Positions 11,241 to 20,142 of a stretch of DNA of 64,000 nt are shown one piece after another. The DNA comes from Candidatus Latescibacterota bacterium (GTDB lineage Bacteria > Latescibacterota > UBA2968 > UBA8231), in the NCBI GenBank assembly GCA_965203355.1, contig OZ241889.1:2656001-2720000 (forward strand). The letters are read 5' to 3'. Under the pieces are notes generated by a model that did no database searches, was not told the origin of the DNA, and saw nothing but the letters and a program-made list of their open reading frames with translations. Position 1 is the stretch's first letter, and each line of letters begins with the position of its first letter. Made by a program: the position numbers and the translations under genes.

Positions 11241-13081
11241 CGGCCGGCATCATCGGGCTGGTCACTGGGGTTGTCGCGCTCTCAGTCTATGGGATGACGC
11301 TGTGCCCAACTGTATACGTGGAAGGGAGCGGCGAGTTGATCGGGGCGGCCTACGGGTTGGGGACCGCGCATCCGACCGGGTATCCCTTGTTCTGCCTCGG
11401 CAGCCGCTTGCTCGCGCTGGTGCTGCCGTGGGGTAGTCCGGCTATGGCGATCAATGCCGCGTCGGCCCTGTTTGCTGCGGCCTGTTGCGGGGCCTTGGCG
11501 ACCGTACTCTACGGGCGCGAGGTGCGGCCTGTGGCGGCTTGTGCCGCGGCCTTGGTGTTGGCGTTTTCGCGCACCTTTTGGTCCCAGGCCGTCATCGCCG
11601 AAGTCTATGGCTTGGCCTTGTTGCTGGTGGTTTTGGTCTTGGCTCAAACGCTTAGCGTGTGTGAGCACAAGGAGCCGCGCCAAGTGCTCCTCTTGGGCTG
11701 GCTCATGGGCTTGGGACTCACGGCTCACTTGATGCAGGTACTCGTGTGGCCGGGTATAGTCGCGGTCTTGGCTTGGCGCTGGCCCGCGCTGTGGCGGCAG
11801 CCCGTATTGCTGGCGCAGGGACTGCTCGCGGCACTGGCGGGATACAGCTTGGTGGCGTATCTGCCGCTGCGCAATGGCCGGGGCGAGGGATTTCACTGGG
11901 GGCCGCTCGGCGACTTAGCGGCCCTGTGGCAGCACTTGAGTGGTGCGCTGTATCGCTCGTCGTTTTTTTCGTTGCCCTTAGAAGGTATGCTGCTCAACGC
12001 CCAGCGCTGGCTGGTGCAGGCTGTGGGCGAGTTCCACTTCACCTTAGTGCCGTTGGTTGCTTGGGGTGGCTTGGTGGCTTGGCAGCGCGATCGCAGTGCG
12101 TTTGTCTTGGTTGGGGGAGCCATCGCCTGCAACCTGATCGCGGCACTCAACTACCACCGCGATCCCAATGGCTTGCCCGTGTTTTACCTGCTCAGCATAG
12201 TGGGGTTGGCGGTGTGGTTGGGCATGGGGTTGGATGCGTTGGCTCGCCGGGTGCGGCCAGTCGTCTCGGTGCCTGTCGCCGCGCTCGTCGTCGCCGTGGT
12301 GTTCATCTCGCACTACGAGGAATCCGACCGCAGCGAAAATTGGGTGGCCGACCGCTATGGCCGCGATATTCTCGCCGACTTGCCCGAGGGCGCGATCTTG
12401 ATTACCGAGGGAGACGATGCGGCCTTTGTGCTCGACTACCTGTTGCGCCTAGAGGGCTTGCGCCCGGATGTGACCCTGTACAATCGCATGGGCCGAGGGA
12501 CGGATGTACTGGCTTGGAGCGAGTACGCGCTGTCGCCGCTCAAGCGGGATCGGCTGCGCTGGCAGCGCGAGGCGGCTTTGGCTCGGGGCACGCGGCCTCT
12601 TTTTTATTTTGTTCCGCGCCGAGCGCCGATCTCGGGCTGGGTGTTTGTACCGGCTGGATTGGTCTATCGCCTGCAAGCACCAGACGACAGCACGGGGGCC
12701 GCTCCGCCGCTCGAGATGGGCAATGCGTTGAGCACGGGCTTTTTCCGCGACCCGTGGGTGCGAAAGATCCAGAGCAATTACTATTTCATGGCCGGCGAGG
12801 AGTGCCTGTGGGCTGGGGATCGAACTGGGGCGGTGGCCGCGTACGAGCAGGCCGCGGCTGTGGCTTTTGACTCGCGCACTACTCGTTTTAATGTGGCGCT
12901 TAAGCTGTTTGAAGCGGGCGAGATGGAGCGCGCTATGAGTCATGCGAAAGACGCGGCGGCCATCGACCCTTGGCGACCTACGCCCTATCGCTTGATGGCG
13001 CACATCGAGCGCGAACAGGGGCGCTATGACGCGGCGCGTCAACTACTCAGAAAGGCAGGTGAATTACAGCGAGTGCCTTGA
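11237..13081 (+). CDS. DUF2723/TMEM260-like GT-C membrane protein with C-terminal TPR
   Basis: TLCPTVYVEGSGEL..AAYGLGTAHPTGYPLF, FWSQAVIAEVY, GDDAAF..YL..LEGLRPDV; GTG start at 11237 overlaps the previous stop; TPR-like tail. Confidence 0.85.
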   Translation: MTAGIIGLVTGVVALSVYGMTLCPTVYVEGSGELIGAAYGLGTAHPTGYPLFCLGSRLLALVLPWGSPAMAINAASALFAAACCGALATVLYGREVRPVAACAAALVLAFSRTFWSQAVIAEVYGLALLLVVLVLAQTLSVCEHKEPRQVLLLGWLMGLGLTAHLMQVLVWPGIVAVLAWRWPALWRQPVLLAQGLLAALAGYSLVAYLPLRNGRGEGFHWGPLGDLAALWQHLSGALYRSSFFSLPLEGMLLNAQRWLVQAVGEFHFTLVPLVAWGGLVAWQRDRSAFVLVGGAIACNLIAALNYHRDPNGLPVFYLLSIVGLAVWLGMGLDALARRVRPVVSVPVAALVVAVVFISHYEESDRSENWVADRYGRDILADLPEGAILITEGDDAAFVLDYLLRLEGLRPDVTLYNRMGRGTDVLAWSEYALSPLKRDRLRWQREAALARGTRPLFYFVPRRAPISGWVFVPAGLVYRLQAPDDSTGAAPPLEMGNALSTGFFRDPWVRKIQSNYYFMAGEECLWAGDRTGAVAAYEQAAAVAFDSRTTRFNVALKLFEAGEMERAMSHAKDAAAIDPWRPTPYRLMAHIEREQGRYDAARQLLRKAGELQRVP

Positions 13082-13141
13082 CGGGGTTGTACGGCCCGTA
13101 TTTATTGGATTTTGCTCATTGAATAAAAGGGAGACCTTTCA

Positions 13142-14158
13142 ATGAATTCAAGCAATTGGACATTTGTCGATTTGTTTGCTGGAATTGGCGGGATGCGTAT
13201 TCCGTTTGCAGAGTTAGGTGGAGAATGTGTTTTTAGTTCGGAGTGGGATGAGTCTGCCCAGCGGACTTATTATAGCAACTTCGATGATATGCCAGCAGGT
13301 GACATTACAAAGATTGACGAAGCGGCCATTCCCGACCATGATGTGTTGTTAGCGGGTTTTCCTTGTCAACCGTTTAGCATTATAGGCAATAAGCAAGGTT
13401 TTGGCGATACCAGAGGGACTTTGTTCTTTGACATAGAGCGAATTTTAAGAAAAAAGCAGCCGCAGGCATTTCTGCTGGAAAACGTGAGGCAATTGGTAAG
13501 TCACGATAAAGGAAGAACTTTTTTTATTATTCGCGAACGTCTCGAAGAGTTGGGATATACGATATACTATAAAACATTGAATGCGCTCGATTTTGGATTG
13601 CCGCAAAAAAGAGAACGGATTTTCATCGTTGGGTTCAGGGAACAGATAGTCTTTGATTTTCCCATGGGCAATGGGAAATATAAGCCTTTGTCAGAGATTC
13701 TCGATCCAGATGACGAAGTGGACGCCAACTTCTTCGCATCGGAAAGAATCCAAAGATCTCGTCTTAAAAAGTGCAAGATAGAGCCGTTTTACCCTTCTAT
13801 ATGGCATGAAAATAAAGGAGGTAATATATCGGTATTGCCATTTTCGTGTGCGTTGCGAGCCGGAGCGTCTTATAACTATCTCTTGGTGAATGGCATTCGG
13901 CGTTTTTCAGCGAGAGAACTCTTGCGGCTTCAGGGCTTTCCCGAAGATTTTAAGATTGTTGTAAATATTACGCAGCTTAGGAAACAGACTGGAAACAGCG
14001 TCGCGGTTCCAGTGATTCGTGCGATTGCTGAGAAAATGCAGGAAGCTTTACGGCAACGAAAACGGTCTGAACCTCATACTAAGCAACTCAGCTTTTTTGA
14101 ACAATCGCCGATAGAGGGCTTGATATGTGGGCGAATTTTGGCGTCGCTATTCAGATAA
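13142..14158 (+). CDS. DNA (cytosine-5)-methyltransferase, M.HaeII-like
   Basis: DLFAGIGG, GFPCQPFS, LLENV, PQKRERIF, RLQGFP, GNSV; WHENKGGNIS..CALRAGASYNY target-recognition region; markedly lower GC than the flanks. Confidence 0.93.
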   Translation: MNSSNWTFVDLFAGIGGMRIPFAELGGECVFSSEWDESAQRTYYSNFDDMPAGDITKIDEAAIPDHDVLLAGFPCQPFSIIGNKQGFGDTRGTLFFDIERILRKKQPQAFLLENVRQLVSHDKGRTFFIIRERLEELGYTIYYKTLNALDFGLPQKRERIFIVGFREQIVFDFPMGNGKYKPLSEILDPDDEVDANFFASERIQRSRLKKCKIEPFYPSIWHENKGGNISVLPFSCALRAGASYNYLLVNGIRRFSARELLRLQGFPEDFKIVVNITQLRKQTGNSVAVPVIRAIAEKMQEALRQRKRSEPHTKQLSFFEQSPIEGLICGRILASLFR

Positions 14159-14502
14159 AGCATTTATCTCTCACACCTCCAATGATGGATGACATTGCTA
14201 GCGACATAACAGCCGACAGAGTTGTCATTGTTTGCAAAGAGTGCGAGAGGAAAGTTCTCGTTTCTGTGTTGCAGCAATTCGGAAGTGCCAGCAAGATTCA
14301 GAGTGTGATAACAGAAGAAGATCTCGACATATGGTATAGAAAAGCTCTGAGAGGACGATCGGCAAAGTTGATAGGAAATAGAGTGATGAAAAGGTTAGAA
14401 GATGAAATCAAAGTTGAATTTCCTTCGACCACTGAATTTGAAAGTTTTTTTACTCAAAGAGGCTATGATTTTTTGTCGTTTGTCGGTATTTGGGGCGATT
14501 GA
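14107..14502 (+). pseudogene. C-terminal remnant of a HaeII-family type II restriction endonuclease
   Basis: Frame reads ADRGLDMWANFGVAIQIKHLSL...DRVVIVCK...IQSVITEEDL..WY.KALRG...EFP, the C-terminal part of HaeII-family REases as I recall them. An in-frame TGA lies at 14098-14100, so the N-terminus is absent. Confidence 0.72.
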
Positions 14503-14581
14503 GTTACCGATGGTTCCGCATCAAGATGTGTAAGGTCAAAGGGTCCCGCCACTTCCCCTTTTTACGCCGCTGAGGGGTGCC

Positions 14582-15046
14582 ATGGAAAAGTTAAACCGCA
14601 TACTCAAGCCGAACAAGATCGTCCTAAACCTCGCGGCGCAGCGCAACTTCTATGCCATCCGCGAATTGGCTACCGTGCTGTTGCAAGACGAGGTGGTCTC
14701 CGATCAGAAGCGCTTGATCGCGGCCTTGATCCGGCGCGAGCAACAGGCCTCTACGGGCATTGGCAAGGGCGTGGCCATACCCCATGCGTACGAGGATGGG
14801 ATCCAGGGTCAGCTCTTGGCCATCGGCATCTCTCAGGGCGGTATTGATTTTGGCGCACCCGATGGTCAACTCGTCCACATCATCGCGCTATTGGTCACGC
14901 CCCTCCAACACCAAAAACAGCACATGGTGCTGCTGGCCGCCTTGTCGCAGCGCTTGCAGCAAGAGAAAGTGCGCCAGCGCTTGCTGCAAGCGGCTGATGC
15001 GGCCGAGGTCGTCGATATTTTTACTGGCACTTCACCGGTCGGCTGA
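14582..15046 (+). CDS. PTS IIA domain protein (EIIA-Ntr/fructose-type)
   Basis: REQQASTGIGKGVAIPH with the phospho-His retained; GIDFGAPDGQLVH. Confidence 0.9.
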   Translation: MEKLNRILKPNKIVLNLAAQRNFYAIRELATVLLQDEVVSDQKRLIAALIRREQQASTGIGKGVAIPHAYEDGIQGQLLAIGISQGGIDFGAPDGQLVHIIALLVTPLQHQKQHMVLLAALSQRLQQEKVRQRLLQAADAAEVVDIFTGTSPVG

Positions 15047-15062
15047 ACGCAGCGCAAAAATC

Positions 15063-17138
15063 ATGGTTCCAGCATTTACTAGGGCAGTACACGCACCCCT
15101 GTTTGAGCAGCACTCGTGCTTTCTCGCTGGGCCGCTCGTGGCCGGGCAGCGGCAGGCCCTGATCGAGCGGCTACGGGTTTTGCTCGCAGCCGGGGTGCCT
15201 GGGTACGCAATTTTGGTGCTGTTGCCCGACCGGGCGACTGTGCGGCACTTTCGCCAAGCCATTGATCGGCTCGACTTGGGTCCGTACAGCAGCGTCGATC
15301 TACAGACGTACTACGGGCTGGCGAGTCGATTGGTGCGGCTGTTTTGGCCATTGGTAGCTGGCAAGGTCGGCTTTGCGGCCCCAGCGCGACCGCCGGTTTT
15401 CCTCAACTACGAGGCCGCCCAATACCTGATGGGGCAGGTGGTGGAGCCGCTGCTCGCCGAGGGCTATTTCGAGGGATTGTACCTGCGGCCCCAGCGCATT
15501 CTCTCCCAGTTGCTCGACAATCTAAACAAGGCGGCCGTAGCGGATTTCGCGCTCGCGGAGGTGGCACCGCGGCTGAGTCGCGCTTGGGTTGGGGAGGAGC
15601 AGCGGCTGCGCGTGTACGATCAGGTGCAGACGTGCATCGACCGCTACCGCCGCTACTGTCTGCGGCACGGATTGCTCGACGCGTCGCTGGTCTTTGAAGT
15701 ATGCAACCGCCACTTGATCGCGCAGGAGGAATTCTGGTGCTACTTCACCGAGCGCTATCATCACCTTTTGGTTGACTCGGCTGAGGAACTAGTGCCGGTG
15801 GCTGGCGATCTGGTGCGGCGACTCTTGCCGCGGTGCGATTCGGCCCTGTTGGGCGGAGACGCGCAAGCTGGCTTTCGCCTCTTTTTAGGCGTTGATGCGC
15901 CCGGAGCCACTGAGCTACAGCAGCAGTGCAAGGAGACGATCGCGGCCGCGCCCGAGGTCTGTGCCAGCCGAGATATGGTGGCCTTTGCCGACCGGCTTGG
16001 CGCGAAGTTGGGTCAAGCAACCGACCGAGCATCAGGCGGATCGCCGCGGCAGGCGGTAGCCGATGTGGTGCAGGCCCGCTACCGAGGGCAGATGATCGAG
16101 GCCGTGGCCCAGCGGATCGTCCAGAAGATCGCCGAGGGCGTGGCCCCGGGCGACATCGCGGTCGTGGCGCCCCACGCCGACGGGGTATTGCGCTTTGTTT
16201 TGTCCGAGACTTTTCGCGCCGCCGACATCCCCTTTGCGATTGTGCGGCGCTACGAGACATTGCGCGAAGAGCCGGTGGTGCGCGCCTGTCTGGCACTGGC
16301 CGTTCTCGCCCACCCCGATTGGGGGTTGCAACTCTCGCTCTTTGATTTGTCTGGAGCGTTGGAACGGGCGCTCAAGCCCCTCGACCGGCTGCGCGCCGGA
16401 TTGATTGCGCGACACTTGTACGACGTACGTTCAGGTCAACTTAAACCTGCGAGTGCGTTGAATGCGGCCATGGAAGAGCGGCTAGGCCGGGCTGCGCTCG
16501 CGCGCTATGAAGCCCTCCGCACTTGGATCGAGGCGTATCGCAGCGGCGCGGCCGACCCTTGGGATCACTTTTTGCGCCGGCTCTTCGGAGAAGTGCTGTC
16601 GCACGCGGCGCTGGAGCCTGAAGACGCCGAAGTGTACAGCAAACTGATCGCCTCGGCTGCCTCGTTCCGCGAGGTGGCTCCAGCGATGGCGTTAGCGGGC
16701 GCGGCGGTTGGTCAGCGCTACGTCGAGATGATAGGGTCCGGGGTCGTCGCCGCTCAATACCTGACCGATGTCGATCTCGACGAGGCGCCCGAGTCCATTG
16801 CCCTGGTCGCGCCAGTCTATACCTATTTGCTCTCTGGCCACGTGGCGCGCTACCAGTTTTGGCTGGACATTGGCTCGGCCAACTGGTGGGAGCCGCTGCA
16901 CCAGCCCTTGACCAACCACTACGTGCTGACCCGGCGCTGGAGTCCAGAGGAACGCTGGACCGACGCGGTGGATCACTCGATCCGCAACCGGAACCTCTAT
17001 CGCTTGATTCGGGGCCTATGCCTGCGCTGTCGCGATGGGATTTACCTTTGCGCCAGCGACTCAGAAGGCCACGGCTCGGCGCAGGATGGGCCGCTGATGA
17101 TGGCGGTCCAACAGGTGTTGCAGGAGGATCGCCGGTGA
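15063..17138 (+). CDS. Degenerate SF1 (UvrD/AddB-like) helicase-fold protein
   Basis: Helicase-like architecture (HLLVD, DIAVVAP, FWLDIGS) but Walker A is degenerate (AGPLVAGQRQ) and Walker B reads VDSAEE. Start taken at ATG 15063. Confidence 0.7.
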   Translation: MVPAFTRAVHAPLFEQHSCFLAGPLVAGQRQALIERLRVLLAAGVPGYAILVLLPDRATVRHFRQAIDRLDLGPYSSVDLQTYYGLASRLVRLFWPLVAGKVGFAAPARPPVFLNYEAAQYLMGQVVEPLLAEGYFEGLYLRPQRILSQLLDNLNKAAVADFALAEVAPRLSRAWVGEEQRLRVYDQVQTCIDRYRRYCLRHGLLDASLVFEVCNRHLIAQEEFWCYFTERYHHLLVDSAEELVPVAGDLVRRLLPRCDSALLGGDAQAGFRLFLGVDAPGATELQQQCKETIAAAPEVCASRDMVAFADRLGAKLGQATDRASGGSPRQAVADVVQARYRGQMIEAVAQRIVQKIAEGVAPGDIAVVAPHADGVLRFVLSETFRAADIPFAIVRRYETLREEPVVRACLALAVLAHPDWGLQLSLFDLSGALERALKPLDRLRAGLIARHLYDVRSGQLKPASALNAAMEERLGRAALARYEALRTWIEAYRSGAADPWDHFLRRLFGEVLSHAALEPEDAEVYSKLIASAASFREVAPAMALAGAAVGQRYVEMIGSGVVAAQYLTDVDLDEAPESIALVAPVYTYLLSGHVARYQFWLDIGSANWWEPLHQPLTNHYVLTRRWSPEERWTDAVDHSIRNRNLYRLIRGLCLRCRDGIYLCASDSEGHGSAQDGPLMMAVQQVLQEDRR

Positions 17139-19336
17139 GGTTTGAGCCGCGGGCGGGACAGCGCGAGATCTTGGCGTACCAAGGCGGTCTGCTGGGCGTG
17201 TCGGCCGTGCCCGGCAGCGGCAAAACCGCGGCCATTGTCGCCTTGGCGACTCGATTGATCGCCGAAAGGCGCCCCGAGGCGGGGCAGGTGCTGATCGTGA
17301 CGTATCAAAACGCGGCGGTGGATAATGTCCGCGCCCGGATCCGCCAGCACTTGCAAGCAATGGACGTGCTCCCGGTCGGCTATGACGTGCGGACCTTGCA
17401 CAGCTTGGCCTACGGCATCGTCCAAGCCAACCCCGGGCTGGTGGGGGCTGTGGCCGAATTTACGGTCCTCGACGAACGCGCCAGCGAGAGCTTGCTCGAC
17501 AAGGCGGTCCGCACCTGGAACGACAGCAACAAGGGGGTGTGGGGCCGGTTGGGGCCTGGGGAGTACGTGGATCAGCGGTGGGAGCAAGAGTGGCGCGACA
17601 TGGCGCGGAAAGTCGCCCGCACGGTCATCGCCACGGCCAAGAACCGCCGCTTGCGGGCCGAGGACCTCTTGGCGCGGATTGGCGGCCAAGAGGACAGAAA
17701 CCAGTTTTTGCGGATCGGCGCAGAAATCTATCGGCTCTACCAGCAGCAAGTCGAGACCATCGGTGGCCTCGACTTCGACGACTTGGTGTGGATGGCCGTC
17801 GAGATGCTACAGCAGTACCCGGATTTGTGCAGCCGCTACCGGCGGCGTTGGCCCTTCGTCTTGGAGGATGAAGCGCAAGATAGCGTCCCCTTGCAGGAGG
17901 AACTGATCGCGCTGTTGGCGGGTCCGAGCGGCAATTGGGTCCGGGTCGGCGACCCTAATCAGGCGATTATGAGTACCTTCACCGCGGCGGATCCGCGCTA
18001 TTTGCGCGATTTCTTGGATCGCGCAGACGTCGCAGTCGCCGAGATGACGATCTCGGGCCGCTGTGCGCCCAAGATCATGGACTTGGCCAACTTTTTGGTC
18101 GAGTGGGCCGCGGTCGAACACCCGCTGACCGAGGTGCGGCAGCGCGCTTTCCGACCCCAGCAAATGCAGCCCACCGCCCCCGGCGATTCCCAGCAAAATC
18201 CCGCGGACGCAGACAGCGCCATACGATTCCGCGAATACAACAACCGCCACGATGAATTCGACAGCATCGCCCGCCGGGCCAAGGGCTTTGCCGAGCGCCA
18301 TCCGAACTTGACGATAGCAGTGCTAGTACCGACTAACCGCGTTGGCTACGACCTGGCCGAGCGTTTGCGTCAAGCCGGCGTGGATTTTGACGAGGCCCTG
18401 CAAAGCCCGCGCTCGGCGCGGCGGGTGAGCGAGGCGCTGTGTACGGTGTTGGATTTTCTCGCTGATCCCTTGGGGCGCAACCAGTTAGAGCGGTCCTATC
18501 GCGCTTTGGTCGGCTTTTGGCCCGGGCCGAGTGGACCGGGTAACGAGGAGGCCGTGGCCATGCTATTGCGCAGTTGCTATCGGCCCGAAGCCCTGCTCTA
18601 TCCAGCGGCCGGTCAGCGCCTAGAAGCGGCCCTGCCCCCGGTGGACCCCATTGAACCGCAGGATTTGGAAGCCATTGACCTCCTGTGTGGTTATCTACGG
18701 CGCTGGCTGCGGGCCGTTGCGCTGCCGGTGGATCAGCTTTTGCTAACGGTCGCCCAAGATTTGCTAGTAGAGGAAGTAGATAGGGCGCGGGCGCAGCAAC
18801 TGGCGGTCTATGTGCGCATCCGCGCCGACCAAAACACAGACTGGCAGTTGCCCGAGTTGGTGCGCGAGCTGAGCGAGGCCGTGCAGGGCCGGGCCGGCGC
18901 ACTCGCCGAGGCCGAGGCCGCCTTGGGACCGCAGCCTGGGCGGATTTTTCTGACGACCATGCACAAGGCCAAAGGTATGGAATGGGATCTAGTCTATGTC
19001 ATGGGAGTTGATGGCGATTGGTTTCCTCACGACCTCGACGCGCGGTTTTTAGGCGAGTGCGAATTTCTCGGCGGCGATCCCAGCGAGGATGCCAAGGCCG
19101 AGCTGTTGGACTTACTCGGCGAAATCGGGTCGAGCCGGCTGTCGGCCACCGACCGCTCGCACGCCGAGGTGATCGCCGAGCGGCTGCGGCTGCTCTACGT
19201 GGCGATCACCCGGGCGCGGCGCTATTTGGTCTTGAGCTGGAGTCGCCAGATTCCGCGCACAACGCGGATGCAGCCCGCGCCCATGGCCGAGGTGTTCCGC
19301 CAGTTGCAACGCTATTGCGAGCAGCAGAGCCGATGA
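17135..19336 (+). CDS. ATP-dependent UvrD/REP-family helicase
   Basis: AVPGSGKT, TLHSL, LEDEAQD, VGDPNQAI, TMHKAKGMEWD, RLLYVAITRAR; GTG start at 17135 with GGAGG RBS, overlapping the prior stop. Confidence 0.92.
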   Translation: MRFEPRAGQREILAYQGGLLGVSAVPGSGKTAAIVALATRLIAERRPEAGQVLIVTYQNAAVDNVRARIRQHLQAMDVLPVGYDVRTLHSLAYGIVQANPGLVGAVAEFTVLDERASESLLDKAVRTWNDSNKGVWGRLGPGEYVDQRWEQEWRDMARKVARTVIATAKNRRLRAEDLLARIGGQEDRNQFLRIGAEIYRLYQQQVETIGGLDFDDLVWMAVEMLQQYPDLCSRYRRRWPFVLEDEAQDSVPLQEELIALLAGPSGNWVRVGDPNQAIMSTFTAADPRYLRDFLDRADVAVAEMTISGRCAPKIMDLANFLVEWAAVEHPLTEVRQRAFRPQQMQPTAPGDSQQNPADADSAIRFREYNNRHDEFDSIARRAKGFAERHPNLTIAVLVPTNRVGYDLAERLRQAGVDFDEALQSPRSARRVSEALCTVLDFLADPLGRNQLERSYRALVGFWPGPSGPGNEEAVAMLLRSCYRPEALLYPAAGQRLEAALPPVDPIEPQDLEAIDLLCGYLRRWLRAVALPVDQLLLTVAQDLLVEEVDRARAQQLAVYVRIRADQNTDWQLPELVRELSEAVQGRAGALAEAEAALGPQPGRIFLTTMHKAKGMEWDLVYVMGVDGDWFPHDLDARFLGECEFLGGDPSEDAKAELLDLLGEIGSSRLSATDRSHAEVIAERLRLLYVAITRARRYLVLSWSRQIPRTTRMQPAPMAEVFRQLQRYCEQQSR

Positions 19337-20136
19337 TTCCGCCGGGATTCAAGTACAGCCAAAGCAGTCTGACGGCCTTTGACCGCTGTCGGCGACAGTT
19401 CCTGTTGCGCTATGTGGAGCGGTTGGCGTGGCCCGCGCCGCTGACCGACCGGCTCGACGAGTGGGAAGCTGCCGCCGACCGGGGGCGGGCGTTCCACCAG
19501 TTGGTGTTGCAGGAGAGCTTGGGCCTGGATGTGGAAGACGCCGTGCAGCGGAGCCGCGATCCGCTGTTGGCCGCTTGGTGGCGCAACTGGTGCGAGCAGC
19601 CGCCGGTGGTGCCCGCCGGGGCGGTATTCGGGGAAACCATGCTCTCCGTGCCGCTGGCGGGTCGGAGGCTCGTCGCCCGGTTCGACCGCGTGGTCCTAGC
19701 CGACGATGGCCGCGCTTGGATCTTCGACTGGAAGACCGGCCGTAAAAAGCCCGAACAAGCCGCCTATGCCCAAAGTTGGCAAACGCTGGTCTATCGCTTT
19801 GTCTTGGTCGAGGCCGGCGCCGTCTTCAACGAGGGCCGGGCGCTCGCACCCGACGCTGTGACGTTGGTCTATTGGCATGCTCAGTATCCGCAGGCCCTGC
19901 AGCCGATTGCCTATTCAGCCGCCGAGCACGAGCAGGCGCGGGCCCTTTTGTCAGAGGTGATTGCCGCCATTGAGGCCCTGCCCGACGCCGAGGCGTACGC
20001 CAAGACCGACGACGAGAGCGAATGTCAGCGCTGCCAATTTCACACCTATTGCGACCGACCGGCAACGCGGAGCGACGACTGGGACATCGACGAGGACGAA
20101 CTGGACTGGGAGCAGATTCCCCAAGCAGAGCTTTGA
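19333..20136 (+). CDS. Stand-alone PD-(D/E)XK nuclease (RecB/AddB/Cas4-like, 4-Cys Fe-S)
   Basis: YSQSSLTAFDRC, GRAFH, E...RFDR...DWKTG, QTLVY, C-terminal CQRCQFHTYC; ATGA overlap with the helicase. Confidence 0.88.
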   Translation: MIPPGFKYSQSSLTAFDRCRRQFLLRYVERLAWPAPLTDRLDEWEAAADRGRAFHQLVLQESLGLDVEDAVQRSRDPLLAAWWRNWCEQPPVVPAGAVFGETMLSVPLAGRRLVARFDRVVLADDGRAWIFDWKTGRKKPEQAAYAQSWQTLVYRFVLVEAGAVFNEGRALAPDAVTLVYWHAQYPQALQPIAYSAAEHEQARALLSEVIAAIEALPDAEAYAKTDDESECQRCQFHTYCDRPATRSDDWDIDEDELDWEQIPQAEL

Positions 20137-20142
20137 CGCGGG

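Noticed and set aside
13080-14580. Mobile element boundaries around the low-GC RM island
   Set aside because: No integrase, transposase, tRNA or convincing terminal repeats were found.
19333-20136. Cas4-like nuclease as a sign of CRISPR-Cas
   Set aside because: No cas1/cas2 or array in the window; the gene is coupled to helicases and has a RecB/AdnB-type DWK motif.
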